The notes beneath the pieces were generated by a model that saw nothing but the letters and a program-made list of their open reading frames with translations, was not told the DNA's origin and did no database searches. The translations under genes and the position numbers were made by a program. DNA of 64,000 nt from Convolutriloba macropyga (taxonomy: Eukaryota): NCBI RefSeq assembly GCF_964194025.1, contig NC_134479.1, positions 35,402,001-35,466,000 on the forward strand. Reading direction: 5' to 3'. Below are positions 38,800 through 52,500 of the stretch, in pieces; position 1 is the stretch's first letter; each line of letters opens with the position of its first letter.

Positions 38800-41700
38800 T
38801 ATCAGTTCTTTTTGGTGAGTTCCTATTATGCCATTTCTTTGATTTGCGCAAAAATGAACGGGTATGTTGAATAATTTGAGTTCAGATTTGGTGATTCTAA
38901 AAGTCTATGCCAATTTTTTGAACCGAGTTTACAATTTATTGTTTCAAGTACCGTGCAAAACTTTAGCTTATTTTCTTGTCTCTTCTGTACACCTGTTGAA
39001 GTCCTTGTTACAAACCATCGTGCTGTTCCGCTTGTTAAATTGAGCCATTCTATAATTCGTCTTATAGGCCAAACACCTCTGGGACTAAACACGTCTCATA
39101 GGCCAAACAACTCGTTGATAACCCTACAAGATTATGTTCCCATTGAGTTTGTCTGATTGTGTTATTAATTTTGAGCGGCTCATAATGTTTGAGTTGTGCT
39201 TTTTTTCAGCGTTTCCAGTAATTCGCAAGTAACGTTTCGGTGTACAAGAAAACTTTTTTACTGCTTTTTTATTTGCTGGTATCAATGGTGCCCATTGATC
39301 GGTTGTGTCTGAAGAGACACGGATGACCAGTTTTGAGTTTTGAAGTCCTACAGTGAAGGCTCGAAATAATATAAGCGTTCATTTGTTGGCTGCCTGAATT
39401 CATTAGCAACGTGCTGATTTGAATTTTCTCAACAGTATTAGGATCAAGATATCATTATCGCTACACAAGTCTTTTGACGGCAAATCAACAAGTACCTCTG
39501 TCCAAAGTCTGGCAATTTTTCGGAAGCCTAGCTCTTTCTACAATAATGGTTGACAAGACATGTTTTTTTTTCTAATTTGTGATTTTTGTGCTTTCTATAA
39601 AATCTCCAAAATTATCTAATTCAAAATTTATAAACAAATTTTTTGTTTCTGAGGCTGCAAATCCGAAACTGTTGAAGTGCCCTATCAAGGAAGTAACATT
39701 TTCAGCTCTCGATCATCGGCAAACAAAGCACGTTTTGCTTTGCTTTTTTGAAAAAGGTCTTTTATAATGTATTTTATCTAATTTTTATCCTATAATTATG
39801 AAACTTTCTGACAAACGCTTCCTTGGTGTCTCTATTATTCGTCCACGAATGTAGCGAATTGTAAAAAATTGGTTTTCATATCTCGGTCTGTTCGCTGTTG
39901 AATGTGCCTAACAATTTTAGAGGAAGTTTTCTGTTGCGGTTGCCTCAACACAGAACGTCGTTCATCTTCATTGTGTTTGGTGGCTGGTCGTTTCCGGAGG
40001 ATATTGACCTCTTTCCTCTGTGTTTTTTGTTGCAAAAGTTTCTGCCTTCTAGAGAATTCTCCGTTTTCATTCACAAAAATTGTATTGGTTAAGAAACTGT
40101 CCTCTCTAAGAATCTGCTCAAATTACTGGCTTGACAATGGATCTTCAAGAATTTAAGGAGCTGGCCTGATAGCTTTTTTTCGTCCAAGTCTTTTAAGAAA
40201 GTTCTATCGTTCCATAGTAAGCCGGGTTCAATTGCTTTTTTCCGACTAAGGGTTTTTGAATTTTTTTCAATTCTTTTGGCAAAAAAATTTGAAATTTTTG
40301 CTACTGTCGGTCCGTAACCGTACTGTCGGTTAGAAACAAAATTTTGTCAATCTTCACAGTCGTCTTACATCAAACAAAAGAAGCCACTTTTGCTCCCATA
40401 GCTGCGGCTTTGTGCTCTATCATCCGATGGGGCTGTTGTTTTAATGGGTTCATATCTTGCTTTGCTAAACACTTATTGTGTTGTTGTTTCCAGAGCTGAG
40501 AGATCTGATATAAAAGCTGAATGTTTCTGCTGTACTTGATGTTTTTAAAATGTTTGCGTTAATGCTTGGCAAAAAAATCGGTATCGGTCATGTGTCTACA
40601 GAACTGTATGACATCCGTTTGATTTTGTCAACTGATTTTTGCACTTCAAGCTGAAATTCTCTTGGTTTCTCATTCCAGTAGTTGTTTTGTTCAATTATTG
40701 CTTTTAGAAAACATCACACTAAAATGGAAAGCGGTTAACTGATGTGTTAGTTCCAAGAGAACCAAACACTGATACGGCGAGTGACATCAAAAGACATTGC
40801 TGCTTGTTTCTAGTTTTCACTCTGGTTTTCAATCTGTATTTATGAAGATGAACGCCTCTTCCTTTGCATTCCACGATTGTCCTAAATTTTGTTGTTCTTC
40901 CACAGAGCCTAATTTTTCATTAGTTGCCTTCAATACATGGTTTGAATCGTTAGAAAAATTTTACCGCTGTTGTTGTGATTGCTGCCTTTTGAGTTGTACT
41001 AAGATTTGAAGGTATTCATCAAATTAGAAACTCTTTTTGATGGTTACGTAGGCATCAGAAATTTTGAATTTGAGATCATTTGCACATCTTTGTAGTATTG
41101 ATTTTGCATATTTCGTAAACGTATTACACAAATATCAATCAATTTTGATCTTGTTGTCTTAGGGAAACTTGCATAAACATCGCTTTAAAATCATTAATCT
41201 TTCTTGTTTTAAGTTTTCGCTACTGTTACCTTGGTTGAAAAATTCATACTTTTGGCGATTTGTTTGTTTTTGATTGAAAACAATTGTAAACTCTTCTATA
41301 AAGTTTGTTTTTTTTTACTATGAACTTATAAATAAATTGTTAGAATTGGATAGTCACCACGCGCCTTTTATGGCATAGCATTAAACCTAATAGCATCTAG
41401 CGAAAACATCTTCTGTAGTTCGCAAAAAATTAAGCATGTTACATTTTCAGCGTCAGGAGGGGAATTGTAAGGTTCTTTCAATTTGGGGCTATATATCATG
41501 TGCTGACTGTTTTCATCCTGAAAAGTTATTAACTCTTAGTTGTACATTTTTTCCGAACATTAATTTTCATAAATTGTAAATTGTTGTCTCTTAAGAGCGG
41601 ATATATTTTAGTAAGAGAACCAGCAACACTTTAGCTAATACAATAGGCATATTTTTTCTCGACTTCTGAATAGCTGTCAAATTTATATTTTCTAAAACAG

Positions 41701-44140
41701 TCCTTCGTTAAGTCTGTGGATTCGGATACAAATTCCTGTTTGTAATTACTATAAATCAATTGCCAAGCTGCCCTTTTTTGTTAATAATTGAACAAATCAA
41801 CTCGTTGCAATAACAAACACTATACTTTGGTATACTGCTTGAGATATCATATCAAGTAAAAATAGTTATCACTTTTTCTAAAATTTGGTGATTTTGTGGC
41901 TTTCAGTAAAAAAGGGACTTAGGTGGACTTTATGAAGGCAGATGAAACATAACTGCACTTACTTCCGACGCTTGAGTCATTCTTTCGTTGTTTAACGAGC
42001 CATTACTGAGTACCCCCTTATCACTATCCTTCAACTGAACTACTGAATATCAAATTGTGGAGCCTTCAGGAAAGTGTGGCAGAAATCCAAACCCAATGAA
42101 CCAAAGGTCCTCTTCGCTGTAACCCATACTATATGGTTCGCTTTATATTTCCCATTTATAGAAATATGAAGTTAAAATAGTATAACATATCATATGATTT
42201 TGAGAACCATTAAAATATCAGGTATTATTGATTGAGTTTTGAAGAACTAATGGTTTCCCTAGTTGAAGAGTTTCAAGCAATGTTGGGTAGTTAAAAATAG
42301 AGCAAGTTGAATCAAGGTCCAACATCAGTTGTATTTCTGAACTAATATGTTTTTTATTGTCTCCAGTAGCGAAATGATATAAGGAATATCCGGGCCTTTG
42401 GGTTTGCTATACTGTTTCCAGTATTTTTTGGAGACATTGTTAGTTTGAAGGAAACAAATCCAAGATAGCATCGGAAAATTCAACTCTAAACTCTTTTTGT
42501 GGAATCCAACAAACATTATTTTTTACTCTGCAGGCTATGTTGCTTAGTGTCCTGTAGTAAAGTAGACCTTGTAATACTATTTGCTCGATTTTCATTGATT
42601 CGACTATTTTCTCCCACATAGTATTGTTTAGCTGCGTAATTATTATGGCAGAAACGGTTTTCTCGTGGGACCCTTTAGTTATAATGCCATTATTGGTTAA
42701 ACATACTTCCTTACTTTTAATTTCCCGTTTTATGACCATTTATGTTATTGTGAAAAGAGTTTGGAGTTGGTCTTAAAAAATTCTAATTTTTTGTCTGGTT
42801 GCATATTGATTGTTTTTCCAACCTCCTCGTCTATATAAGATAATAGCCATTGGTATACCCGTGTTCTATTTTAATAATTCACTTCTAATCTTTTGTATTT
42901 CGTCATATAATTTCTTCTTGTTACAAGTAGATATTGAATGCCCATAAATTCTGCAATAACCACAGAAGCGAGTTATTTTTACTCTTCCTTTTTTAGTCGG
43001 GTCTCGAAAGAAAGTTTTTGACCCTTGCATAGCACTTAATTCGTTAGTTTCCATTAAATTTGTTATATCCGCCATCTGACATTCTAAAGTTGTTACTTTA
43101 TCTGACTATTGTTTATCCAAATTCACCTTAATTATTATGCAGATCTTTGCAGGTGATACTCTAGATCCTTTGTTATTAAATGCTCTTTCAATTCTCTCCT
43201 ACTTTCACCATTCTTCTTGATGCTTCGTTCATGAGCTTTTCAATTAACCAACGATGTTGCAGTCCCCTTATGTCAAGGTTAATACGTTTTTGTTCTTTTT
43301 GTCTAGTTTGTTTTATTTTTTGCGCTCGCTCAGATTGCCTGCATTTTTTAAATTCCTCTGGTCAACCTCTGTAAAAACTGTGCTTGAATCCGTGAAATTA
43401 ACTTTTTAGTTTATCGCCTTCTTGTCTGGACGCCTTTTCCACTTCTTATCTATGTTTAAATTTATCACGATGGTCTGTAAATCTGTCAAGGAGGTCATCT
43501 TTTATATCATTCAAGACTTTCAGACATCTCTTATTATCAGCATCAGGAGGAAATGGTCCTTGTGAAAACCTAACTTTTTGATTAACTGAGTTTGACAACT
43601 AAGGGGCAATTTGATTTGGATCATAACCCAAAAACTTTGTTAGCGATACAGTACTTAACGGATTTGAAGCATCAGCCATTTTAAGATGCAACTGGGACGT
43701 TGTCAAGTAAACATCCTAATTTAGTTTACAGTTCCTAATTTTTTGTATCAACCCGAGATGACTATAGAAAACCTAAGAATTGCGTCTTCTGGGTGCAGTT
43801 GGTTGTTTTTACACAGAGATATGATTTGAATTTTTTAAGTCTTTCAAGTAACATATCTAACGAGACATAGGAACTTTTTAAGGTAGCTGATGTAGTTTAA
43901 ACAAGAAAACTAAAACAATTCGGAGAAAAATCCTAATTATTTTTTTCTGTATAATAGAGATTATAAATAATAAGAACTACTTAACTAAGTCTAATCATAA
44001 GCCTTGAAACAAATTGGAGTTTTTCCGAAGTTTTTATCTGCCCAATAGCTTCTTTTCACTGATTTTCTTCGGAACACATAATTGGCTAACCTTCATCGTG
44101 CCGTGACGTTACTGTTAGCAACAATTTAACCTCGTCACCT
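38800..44140 (-). mobile_element. Heavily decayed Ty3/Gypsy-like LTR retrotransposon internal region
   Basis: On the minus strand: PBS-like AGGTGACGAGG at about 44130-44140; gag knuckle CGYCRIYGHSISTC (42866-43075); protease-like LDLDSTCSIFN (about 42300); RT-like SLDAIRFN (about 41395); W...EEAF (about 40860). The left limit is poorly defined and no LTR pair was identified. Confidence 0.6.
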
Positions 44141-44580
44141 AATGTAAAGAAAAACTCAACTGAACTAGGTATTGAGACGCATCATATTCATATGCGTGAA
44201 AAAGCTTTTTTTTCTTTTTTTAATATAAAAGTGGGATAAAGGTTATTATCATCATTTTGGTATAAAACCTTCCATTCTCAATTTGGCATAAACGTTCCCA
44301 CGCTTATTTTTGAAATAGTTTGTTTTAGTACAGCTAAGTGAAATTTTCTTGTTCATAACTTTTCTCTATAAAAGTATTTGCTCAAATCATTAGTTACTTT
44401 TTAATATTAATTCGAACTTCAAAACTAACACAACGGATTGAAGAAAAGGAACGAAATGGTCTGTTATCTTAGTACACCGGTAATGACCTTTTGGCACAAT
44501 GATTGTATCTCATTTGATTATTTTTATTGACCTTCTACTACAATGGCCAGTAAAAAAATTGTTACAATTTGTGTTCTCAA

Positions 44581-44669
<89 letters not shown>

Positions 44670-47600
44670 TTATGAAAGTTTTTATATTTTTATTGTTTCG
44701 TTCATCCATATTTTGAGAAAATTTTAATTAATTTCAAATGAACTTCCAGTAACCTAATATCGTATAAGTATTTATATACTTAATGCATATTTATATAAGT
44801 ATTTACATACTTAATATACGAATGCATATTTCGTAAACGTATTACACAAATATCAATCAATTTTGATCTTGTTGTCTTAGGGAAACTTGCATAAACATCG
44901 CTTTAAAATCATTAATCATTCTTGTTTTAAGTTTTCGCTACTGTTACCTTGGTTGAAAAGTTCATACTTTTGGCGATTTGTTTGTTGTTGATTGAAAACA
45001 ATTGTAAACTCTTCTATAAAGTTTGTTTTTTTTTACTATGAACTTATAAATAAATTGTTAGAATTGGATTGTCACCACTCGCCTTTTATGGCATAGCATT
45101 AAACCTAATAGCATCTAGCGAAAACATCTTCTGTAGTTCGCAAAAAATTAAGCATGTTACATTTTCATCGTCAGGAGGGGAATTGTAAGGTTCTTTCAAT
45201 TTGGGGCTATATATCATGTGCTGACTGTTTTCATCCTGAAAAGTTATTAACTCTTAGTTGTACATTTTTTCCGAACATTAATTTTCATAAATTGTAAATT
45301 GTTGTCTCTTAAGAGCGGATATATTTTAGTAAGAGAACCAGCAACACTTTAGCTAATACAATAGGCATATTTTTTCTCGACTTCTGAATAGCTGTCAAAT
45401 TTATATTTTCTAAAACAGTCCTTCGTTAAGTCTGTGGATTCGGATACAAATTCCTGTTTGTAATTACTATAAATCAATTGCCAAGCTGCCCTTTTTTGTT
45501 AATAATTGAACAAATCAACTCGTTGCAATAACAAACACTATACTTTGGTATACTGCTTGAGATATCATATCAAGTAAATATAGTTATCACTTTTTCTAAA
45601 ATTTGGTGATTTTGTGGCTTTCAGTAAAAAAGGGACTTAGGTGGACTTTATGAAGGCAGATGAAACATAACTGCACTTACTTCCGACGCTTGAGTCATTC
45701 TTTCGTTGTTTAACGAGCCATTACTGAGTACCCCCTTATCACTATCCTTCAACTGAACTACTGAATATCAAATTGTGGAGCCTTCAGGAAAGTGTGGCAG
45801 AAATCCAAACCCAATGAACCAAAGGTCCTCTTCGCTGTAACCCATACTATATGGTTCGCTTTATATTTCCCATTTATAGAAATATGAAGTTAAAATAGTA
45901 TAACATATCATATGATTTTGAGAACCATTAAAATATCAGGTATTATTGATTGAGTTTTGAAGAACTAATGGTTTCCCTAGTTGAAGAGTTTCAAGCAATG
46001 TTGGGTAGTTAAAAATAGTGCAAGTTGAATCAAGGTCCAACATCAGTTGTATTTCTGAACTAATATGTTTTTTATTGTCTCCAGTAGCGAAATGATATAA
46101 GGAATATCCGGGCCTTTGGGTTTGCTATACTGTTTTCAGTATTTTTGGAGACATTGTTAGTTTGAAGGAAACAAATCCAAGATAGCATCGGAAAATTCAA
46201 CTCTAAACTCTTTTTGTGGAATCCAACAAACATTATTTTTTACTCTGCAGGCTATGTTGCTTAGTGTCCTGTAGTAAAGTAGACCTTGTAATACTTTTTG
46301 CTCGATTTTCATTGATTCGACTATTTTCTCCCACGTAGTATTGTTTAGCTGCGTAATTATTATGGCAGAAACGGTTTTTTTTGTCGTGGGACCCTTTAGT
46401 TATAATGCCATTATTGGTTAAACATACTTCCTTACTTTTAATTTCCCGTTTTATGACCATTTATGTTATTGTGAAAAGAGTTTGGAGTTGGTCATAAAAA
46501 ATTCTAATTTTTCGTCTGGTTGCATATTGATTGTTTTTCCAACCTCCTCGTCTATATAAGATAATAACCATTGGCTTACCCGTGTTCTATTTTAATAATT
46601 CACTTCTAATCTTTTGTATTTCGTCATATAATTTTTTCTTGTTACAAGTAGATATTGAATGCCCATAACTTCTGCAATAACCACAGAAGCGAGTTATTAT
46701 TACTCTTCCTTTTACAGCCGGGTCTCGAAAGAAAGTTTTTGACCCTTGCATAGCACTTAATTCGTTAGTTTCCATTAAATTTGTTAGATCCGCCATCTGA
46801 CATTCTAAAGTTGTTACTTTATCTGACTATTGTTTATCCAAATTCACATTTATTATTATGCAGATCTTTGCAGGTACTACTCTAGATCCTTTGTTATTAA
46901 ATGCTCTTTCAATTCTCTCCTACTTTCACCATTCTTCTTGATGCGTCGTTCATGAGCTTTTCAATTAACCAACGATGTTGCAGTCCCCTTATGTCAAGGT
47001 TAATACGTTTTTGTTCTTTTTGTCTAGTTTGTTTTATTTTTTGCGCTTGCGCAGATTGCCTGCATTTTTAAATTCCTCTGGTCAACCTCTGTAAAAACTG
47101 TGCTTGAATCCGTGAAATTAACTTTTTAGTTTATCGCCTTCTTGTCTGGACGCCTTTTCCACTTCTTATCTATATTTAAATTTATCACGATGGTCTGTAA
47201 ATCTGTCAAGGAGGTCATCTTTTATATCATTCAAGACTTTCAGACATCTCTTTTTATCAGCATCAGGAGGAAATGATCCTTGTGAAAACCTAACTTTTTG
47301 ATTAACTGAGTTCGACAACTAAGGGGCAATTTGATTTGGATCATAACCCAAAAACTTTGTTAGCGATACAGTACTTAACGGATTTGAAGCATCAGCCATT
47401 TTAAGATGCAACTGGGACGTTGTCAAGTAAACATCCTAATTTAGTTTACAGTTCCTAATTTTTTGTATCAACCCGAGATGACTATAGAAAACCTAAGAAT
47501 TGCGTCTTCTGGGTGCAGTTGGTTGTTTTTACACAGAGATATGATTTGAATTTTTTAAGTCTTTCAAGTAACATATCTAACGAGACATAGGAACTTTTTA

Positions 47601-49066
47601 AGGTAGCTGATGTAGTTTAAACAAGAAAACTAAAACAATTCGGAGAAAAATCCTAATTATTTTTTTATGTATAATAGAGATTATAAATGTTAAGAACTAA
47701 TTAACTAAGTCTAATCATAAGCCTTGAAACAAATTGGAGTTTTTCCGAAGTTTTTATCTGCCCAATAGCTTCTTTTCACTGATTTTCTTCGGAACACATA
47801 ATTGGCTAACCTTCATCGTGCCGTGACGTTACTGTTAGCAAGAATTTAACCTCGTCACCTAATTGGGAGTATACAAAACTTTAAAGTTATAAAGAAAAAA
47901 GATGGCGCGGAATTTAAACTTTTTAATAAAAGATTTGGGGAGTACAAAATGAGTAGAGATCAAAGTATAACTGATATTATGTCATTGAACCGTAAATATA
48001 TGTTAAATGGCATGTATAAAGTGAAAGGAATAGATGCTGAAGTAGTTTAACTGAAATGTAAAGAAAAACTCAACTGAACTAAATATTGAGACGCATCATA
48101 TTCATAGGCGTGAAAAAGCTTTGTTTTTTTTTCTTTTTTTATATAAAAGTGGGATAAAGGTTATTATCATCAATTTGGTTTTAAACCTCCCATTCTCAAT
48201 TTGGCATAAACGTTCCCACGTTAATTTTTGAAATAGTTTGTTTCAGTACAGCTAAGTAAAATTTTCTTGTTCATAACTTTTCTCTATAAAAGAATTTGCT
48301 CAAATCATTAGTTACTTTTTAATATTAATTCAAACATCAAAATTAACACAACGGATTGAAGAAAAGGAACGAAATGGTCTGTTATCTTAGAACACTGGTA
48401 ATGACCTTTTGGCACAATGATTGTATCTCATTTGATACAAAAGAATCAACGTATTTTCTTGTTCAACACTTGTAGTGAAAAGGAGGAAAAATCAATGTTT
48501 CGCTCTGTTAAAATAATTCCAACGTGATTAACAGAGAATCATAATTTTTGCAATATGCTTCAATGTTTTCTCACATTTTGAATGATTTATCAACGACGAA
48601 TTGTATGCAGCGAGCAGTAATAATTTTTCTAAGAGGGACAATAAGTTCTTATAGTTGTTTTGACGTCTACATAATCAAAAAATCCCTCGACCTTCTACTA
48701 CATTTGCCAGTAAAAAAATTGTTACNNNNNNNNNNNNNNNNNNNNNNNNNNNNNNNNNNNNNNNNNNNNNNNNNNNNNNNNNNNNNNNNNNNNNNNNNNN
48801 NNNNNNNNNNNNNNNNNNNNNNNNNNNNNNNNNNNNNNNNNNNNNNNNNNNNNNNNNNNNNNNNNNNNNNNNNNNNNNNNNNNNNNNNNNNNNNNNNNNN
48901 NNNNNNNNNNNNNNNNNNNNNNNNNNNNNNNNNNNNNNNNNNNNNNNNNNNNNNNNNNNNNNNNNNNNNNNNNNNNNNNNNNNNNATTGTTTCGTTCATC
49001 CATATTTTGAGAAAATTTTAAATAATTTCAAATGAACGTCCAGTGACCTAATATCGTATTAGTATT
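41105..49066. repeat. Direct tandem duplication: 41105-~44772 and 44823-~49066
   Basis: TGCATATTTCGTAAACG at 41105 and 44823, with near-identical sequence after it. Copy 1 lacks the segments at about 47863-48055 and 48437-48678. Confidence 0.95.
44587..44668. repeat. (TA)n(TG)n microsatellite
   Basis: Seen directly. Confidence 0.97.
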
Positions 49067-49544
49067 GTCTATGGTCTGTTTGCCCATAGTTCACACCTTT
49101 CTTAACATTTTAAGCACAAATATATTTATAAACAATCGAACTTTTCTGAAAATTACGCCACAATATATACATTATGCGCGGGTTAATTTAATCGAAAAAG
49201 TGTCATTATTTTTTTCATTACCTGTTTTTTGTATCAGAGTTGAAATTGTGCTGGACAAGGGAAAAGTAGTTCACGGTGTTGTTACCGTTGTCTACATAAG
49301 CGTCAAAAAAGTAAAAGCGCGCGTTTTCCGGTCTGCTGGGTTTTTGGTTCAGAAATTTTTACTTTTTTTGCTGTTTTCGCTTCGCCATATTATTTTCTAA
49401 CGAACCAAAAAGCGTGAAGCTTCTTGGTCAATTAAAGAACAACTGAATGCAGAAAATAGGAAAAAAGTGATTAGTTTTAACAAACGACAGAAAATTCTTC
49501 AAATTATGTTCAGGAATAATTACAACAGCAAACAGACTCAATTA

Positions 49545-52500
49545 TCATTCTAATGGATTCTTTAACACTGGAATTCTTCCATCCGCTAAAGGAACTTGCT
49601 GCTCTTTTTCGGACAACGTGAACAAAATTGCCGCGGCCAAGCAGTTAATTTGCCCTTTAGACAACCCGAAACTTTTGCCCAAGTCAAGTTTTTCCCATTG
49701 TAGATCTGCCATGTTAAACTTATTGTCAATTAAAAGTGGGTAGATTTTCGAAACTTCTGATTTGGAGTTCTTCCGAACGACTGCGATTCGTTTCTTGTTC
49801 GGCGATAGTCGGCAATCGAGTAATCCGAGATTCAGAAATGACAGACACTGAGAGTCGTTGAAAAACTTGTCGTCAAGGATTACGAGAATGACGTCGGAGG
49901 AATCGATTATTCGGCTCAATTCGTGTTCTTGAAAGTCTTGTTGGCAGCTTACAGTCATCTCAGTTGAACCATTTTTGCATATTTTTGCTGTCAACCTAAA
50001 CGAAAAAGAAGGATGATTAAACTACATGGAATACTTTAAACAAAAGATCTTCAGCTCATTTCAAAAGAAGATATTAACTTCTGAGACTTTGCCCTAAATT
50101 AGAAATTATCGTTTTTAAGCGTGGGAAAATTGTGGGTATGTTCAGTCAGACAGAAACAATAAAAGCCCCTACGTTATTTCTTCTGTAATTTGGGTTTGAC
50201 AACATAGGAAATTGTCGTTATGTTGGGTTTATAAACATAATAAATTGTGGGTATGTTGGGTTTGAAACGCAGAAAGACGAATGAAAACCAGGATTTATTT
50301 TACCTTGGTGTAAAATCAATCATGTTTTAAATTACATTTTGTGTTTTAATCAAAAACCGTATCATTGGGGAGCTACAAAAAGAGATATTTCAGTTAGTAT
50401 TCCATTTCTGGTGCTTAAATAGTTCCTCTTTAAGGTGATAATATTTCAGTCCATAATATTTCGAGTCTCATAATATTTCAGTACCGAATCATAGTATTTT
50501 TATTATGATTTTTACTATGCCCATAGTTCTGATCATGACACTTTATAGGCATTTTATGGAAAAAATCATAGTAAAATTCTGAGCTTATTCTGGACATAAT
50601 AAACTTATTCTGAGCTCAGTCTTAACATAATGAATCGATTTTCTGATAATACTCTGAACAGACTGATTTTTAGCCTAAATTTTCTTCCGGTCTTCATAGA
50701 TGAAAGAGACTGTTTGATGTTTTGAGCCCCCCCCCCCCAACCTTTCACTATTTTATATGAAGATTGTTTTTTCTGCATTATAACACCCAAATCACAGTTT
50801 GTGCCCAAATCATTTCTCGTAATACAAAATGAGTAGTTTTCAATTGATTATGACAACAAAATAATGTTATTAATTTGACAGACTTATTTTCTGAAAACTA
50901 ATTCGTTTGTTTAATTGAAGACATATTTAAAATCAAGAGTACTATAATTTCTACTATCTAGTGAGATAATTGAGAAATAAGAAATTATGGACGTAAGAAT
51001 TAAGGAAAACTTACAATTTGACCGCTTTTGCGATATCATCGCTTGCCGGTGATGCCAAAACTGCGATTGATTTATACTTCGGTACTATTTGACCTTTTGG
51101 CTCTGTGAACACTTTCACGCTTTTGTTCGCCTTGATCCAACTCTCCACAAACTTTGTTCTAGAAAGTTCTAGATTCTTCCCAAGTTTCTGCTCTTTTCTC
51201 TGAGATAGACATCCTTGGAATAAAGATTTTCCTAAAGGTGTGTCGTTGGGGTTCCGTATAAGGTCGTGCGCAGTTTGACATAGCCTTGAGATGTCGTTGT
51301 CGGTTTTCCCAAGAGGAAATGTGGGAATTCGTTTGTATTCTGAAGGGACCTGAAGTTTGTCTGTTGATCGCAGAGGAATCAAATATTTCACTTTATCGGC
51401 TGAAATAGTATATCTGAATCTCAGCAGGAAAAATCTAGTTTTGCTGGCATCGTTAAATTTTTCAAAACTTCAAATCTTCCTATAACTTATTAATAAATTC
51501 GCCATTAGCAGAGATCATGCTCATAAAGTTACTTAAAATGATAACGCGAAATCTCAATATCTCGCATAGCACACTCGAAATGTGATTGTGAAAGTCATTC
51601 CTCTTTTAGTTTTTTTTTCAAAACATCGAGCAATTTGAACTAAAGTGGTTAAAACAATGTTAACAGCAGTTTTTAAAATTAAAGGAGTTAAAATGATAAA
51701 GGGATAAAACTATTTTTGCTGAAACTTTTGTTTCAAATTTGCCTAAACATGCAATGTACGATAAATAAACTTTGTATAATAATTCAACTTTGAGCGATAA
51801 TTCAACTCAGTAAGAGAGAAAATTATTCTGAGACCCAAATTGATTACTTGTAAAAGTTTTCCATGAAAACTGGTTTTCTAGCAGGATCATGTAAGACTCT
51901 CTTATGATTTTTTTTGCGGATTGTAGTATTTGTATTTGGCATAGAAACATCATACTAGCCGGAGTTTTTGTCTAGCCAAGTCTTGTCCGACCGATGTATT
52001 TTGCGGAGAGATACAAAAGTAATATCAATTAAACGCTCACAGAAAGCGATCGATTATTGAAGAGAATTTTTCGAACTTTTAAATTCTTGAAGAATTTTCT
52101 TGACATTTGCAATTCGTTCACAGTTGAATTCCATTAATGTTATTTGAATGACAAATTGACCCGGTATATTATGGAATTTAATTAATGGTCTAACAAATAT
52201 TGAAGTAGCTCTTCATTAATAGAATGAAACAAAATAAATATGTTCTTGTTTTCCTAAATACTGCTTTCAAAAAAAGGAGAGGTGCACTAGCCAGTACTAC
52301 CGCAAAATTAAGGCACTTGCCACTAGAAAACTAATTGACTTTTTTAGTTCAATCAGTCATGGTCACAATGGAATATCAACTTATTTGGCTCTTAGCCTGA
52401 AAATTTTTGTTAATTGTCTTTTTAATTTCTGTGTAATACTTTTGCATAAAGATTCTGCCATTGATTGAGTAATACATGTTGAGGCCAGCACAATCATATT

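Noticed and set aside
38953-39156. Plus-strand TNHRA resembling the Gypsy RNase H TDH motif
   Set aside because: It is on the opposite strand from the other retroelement remnants and lacks supporting motifs; probably chance.
31999-49021. Long ORFs spanning X runs (31999-32563, 34645-35115, 48548-49021)
   Set aside because: Artefacts of N gaps.
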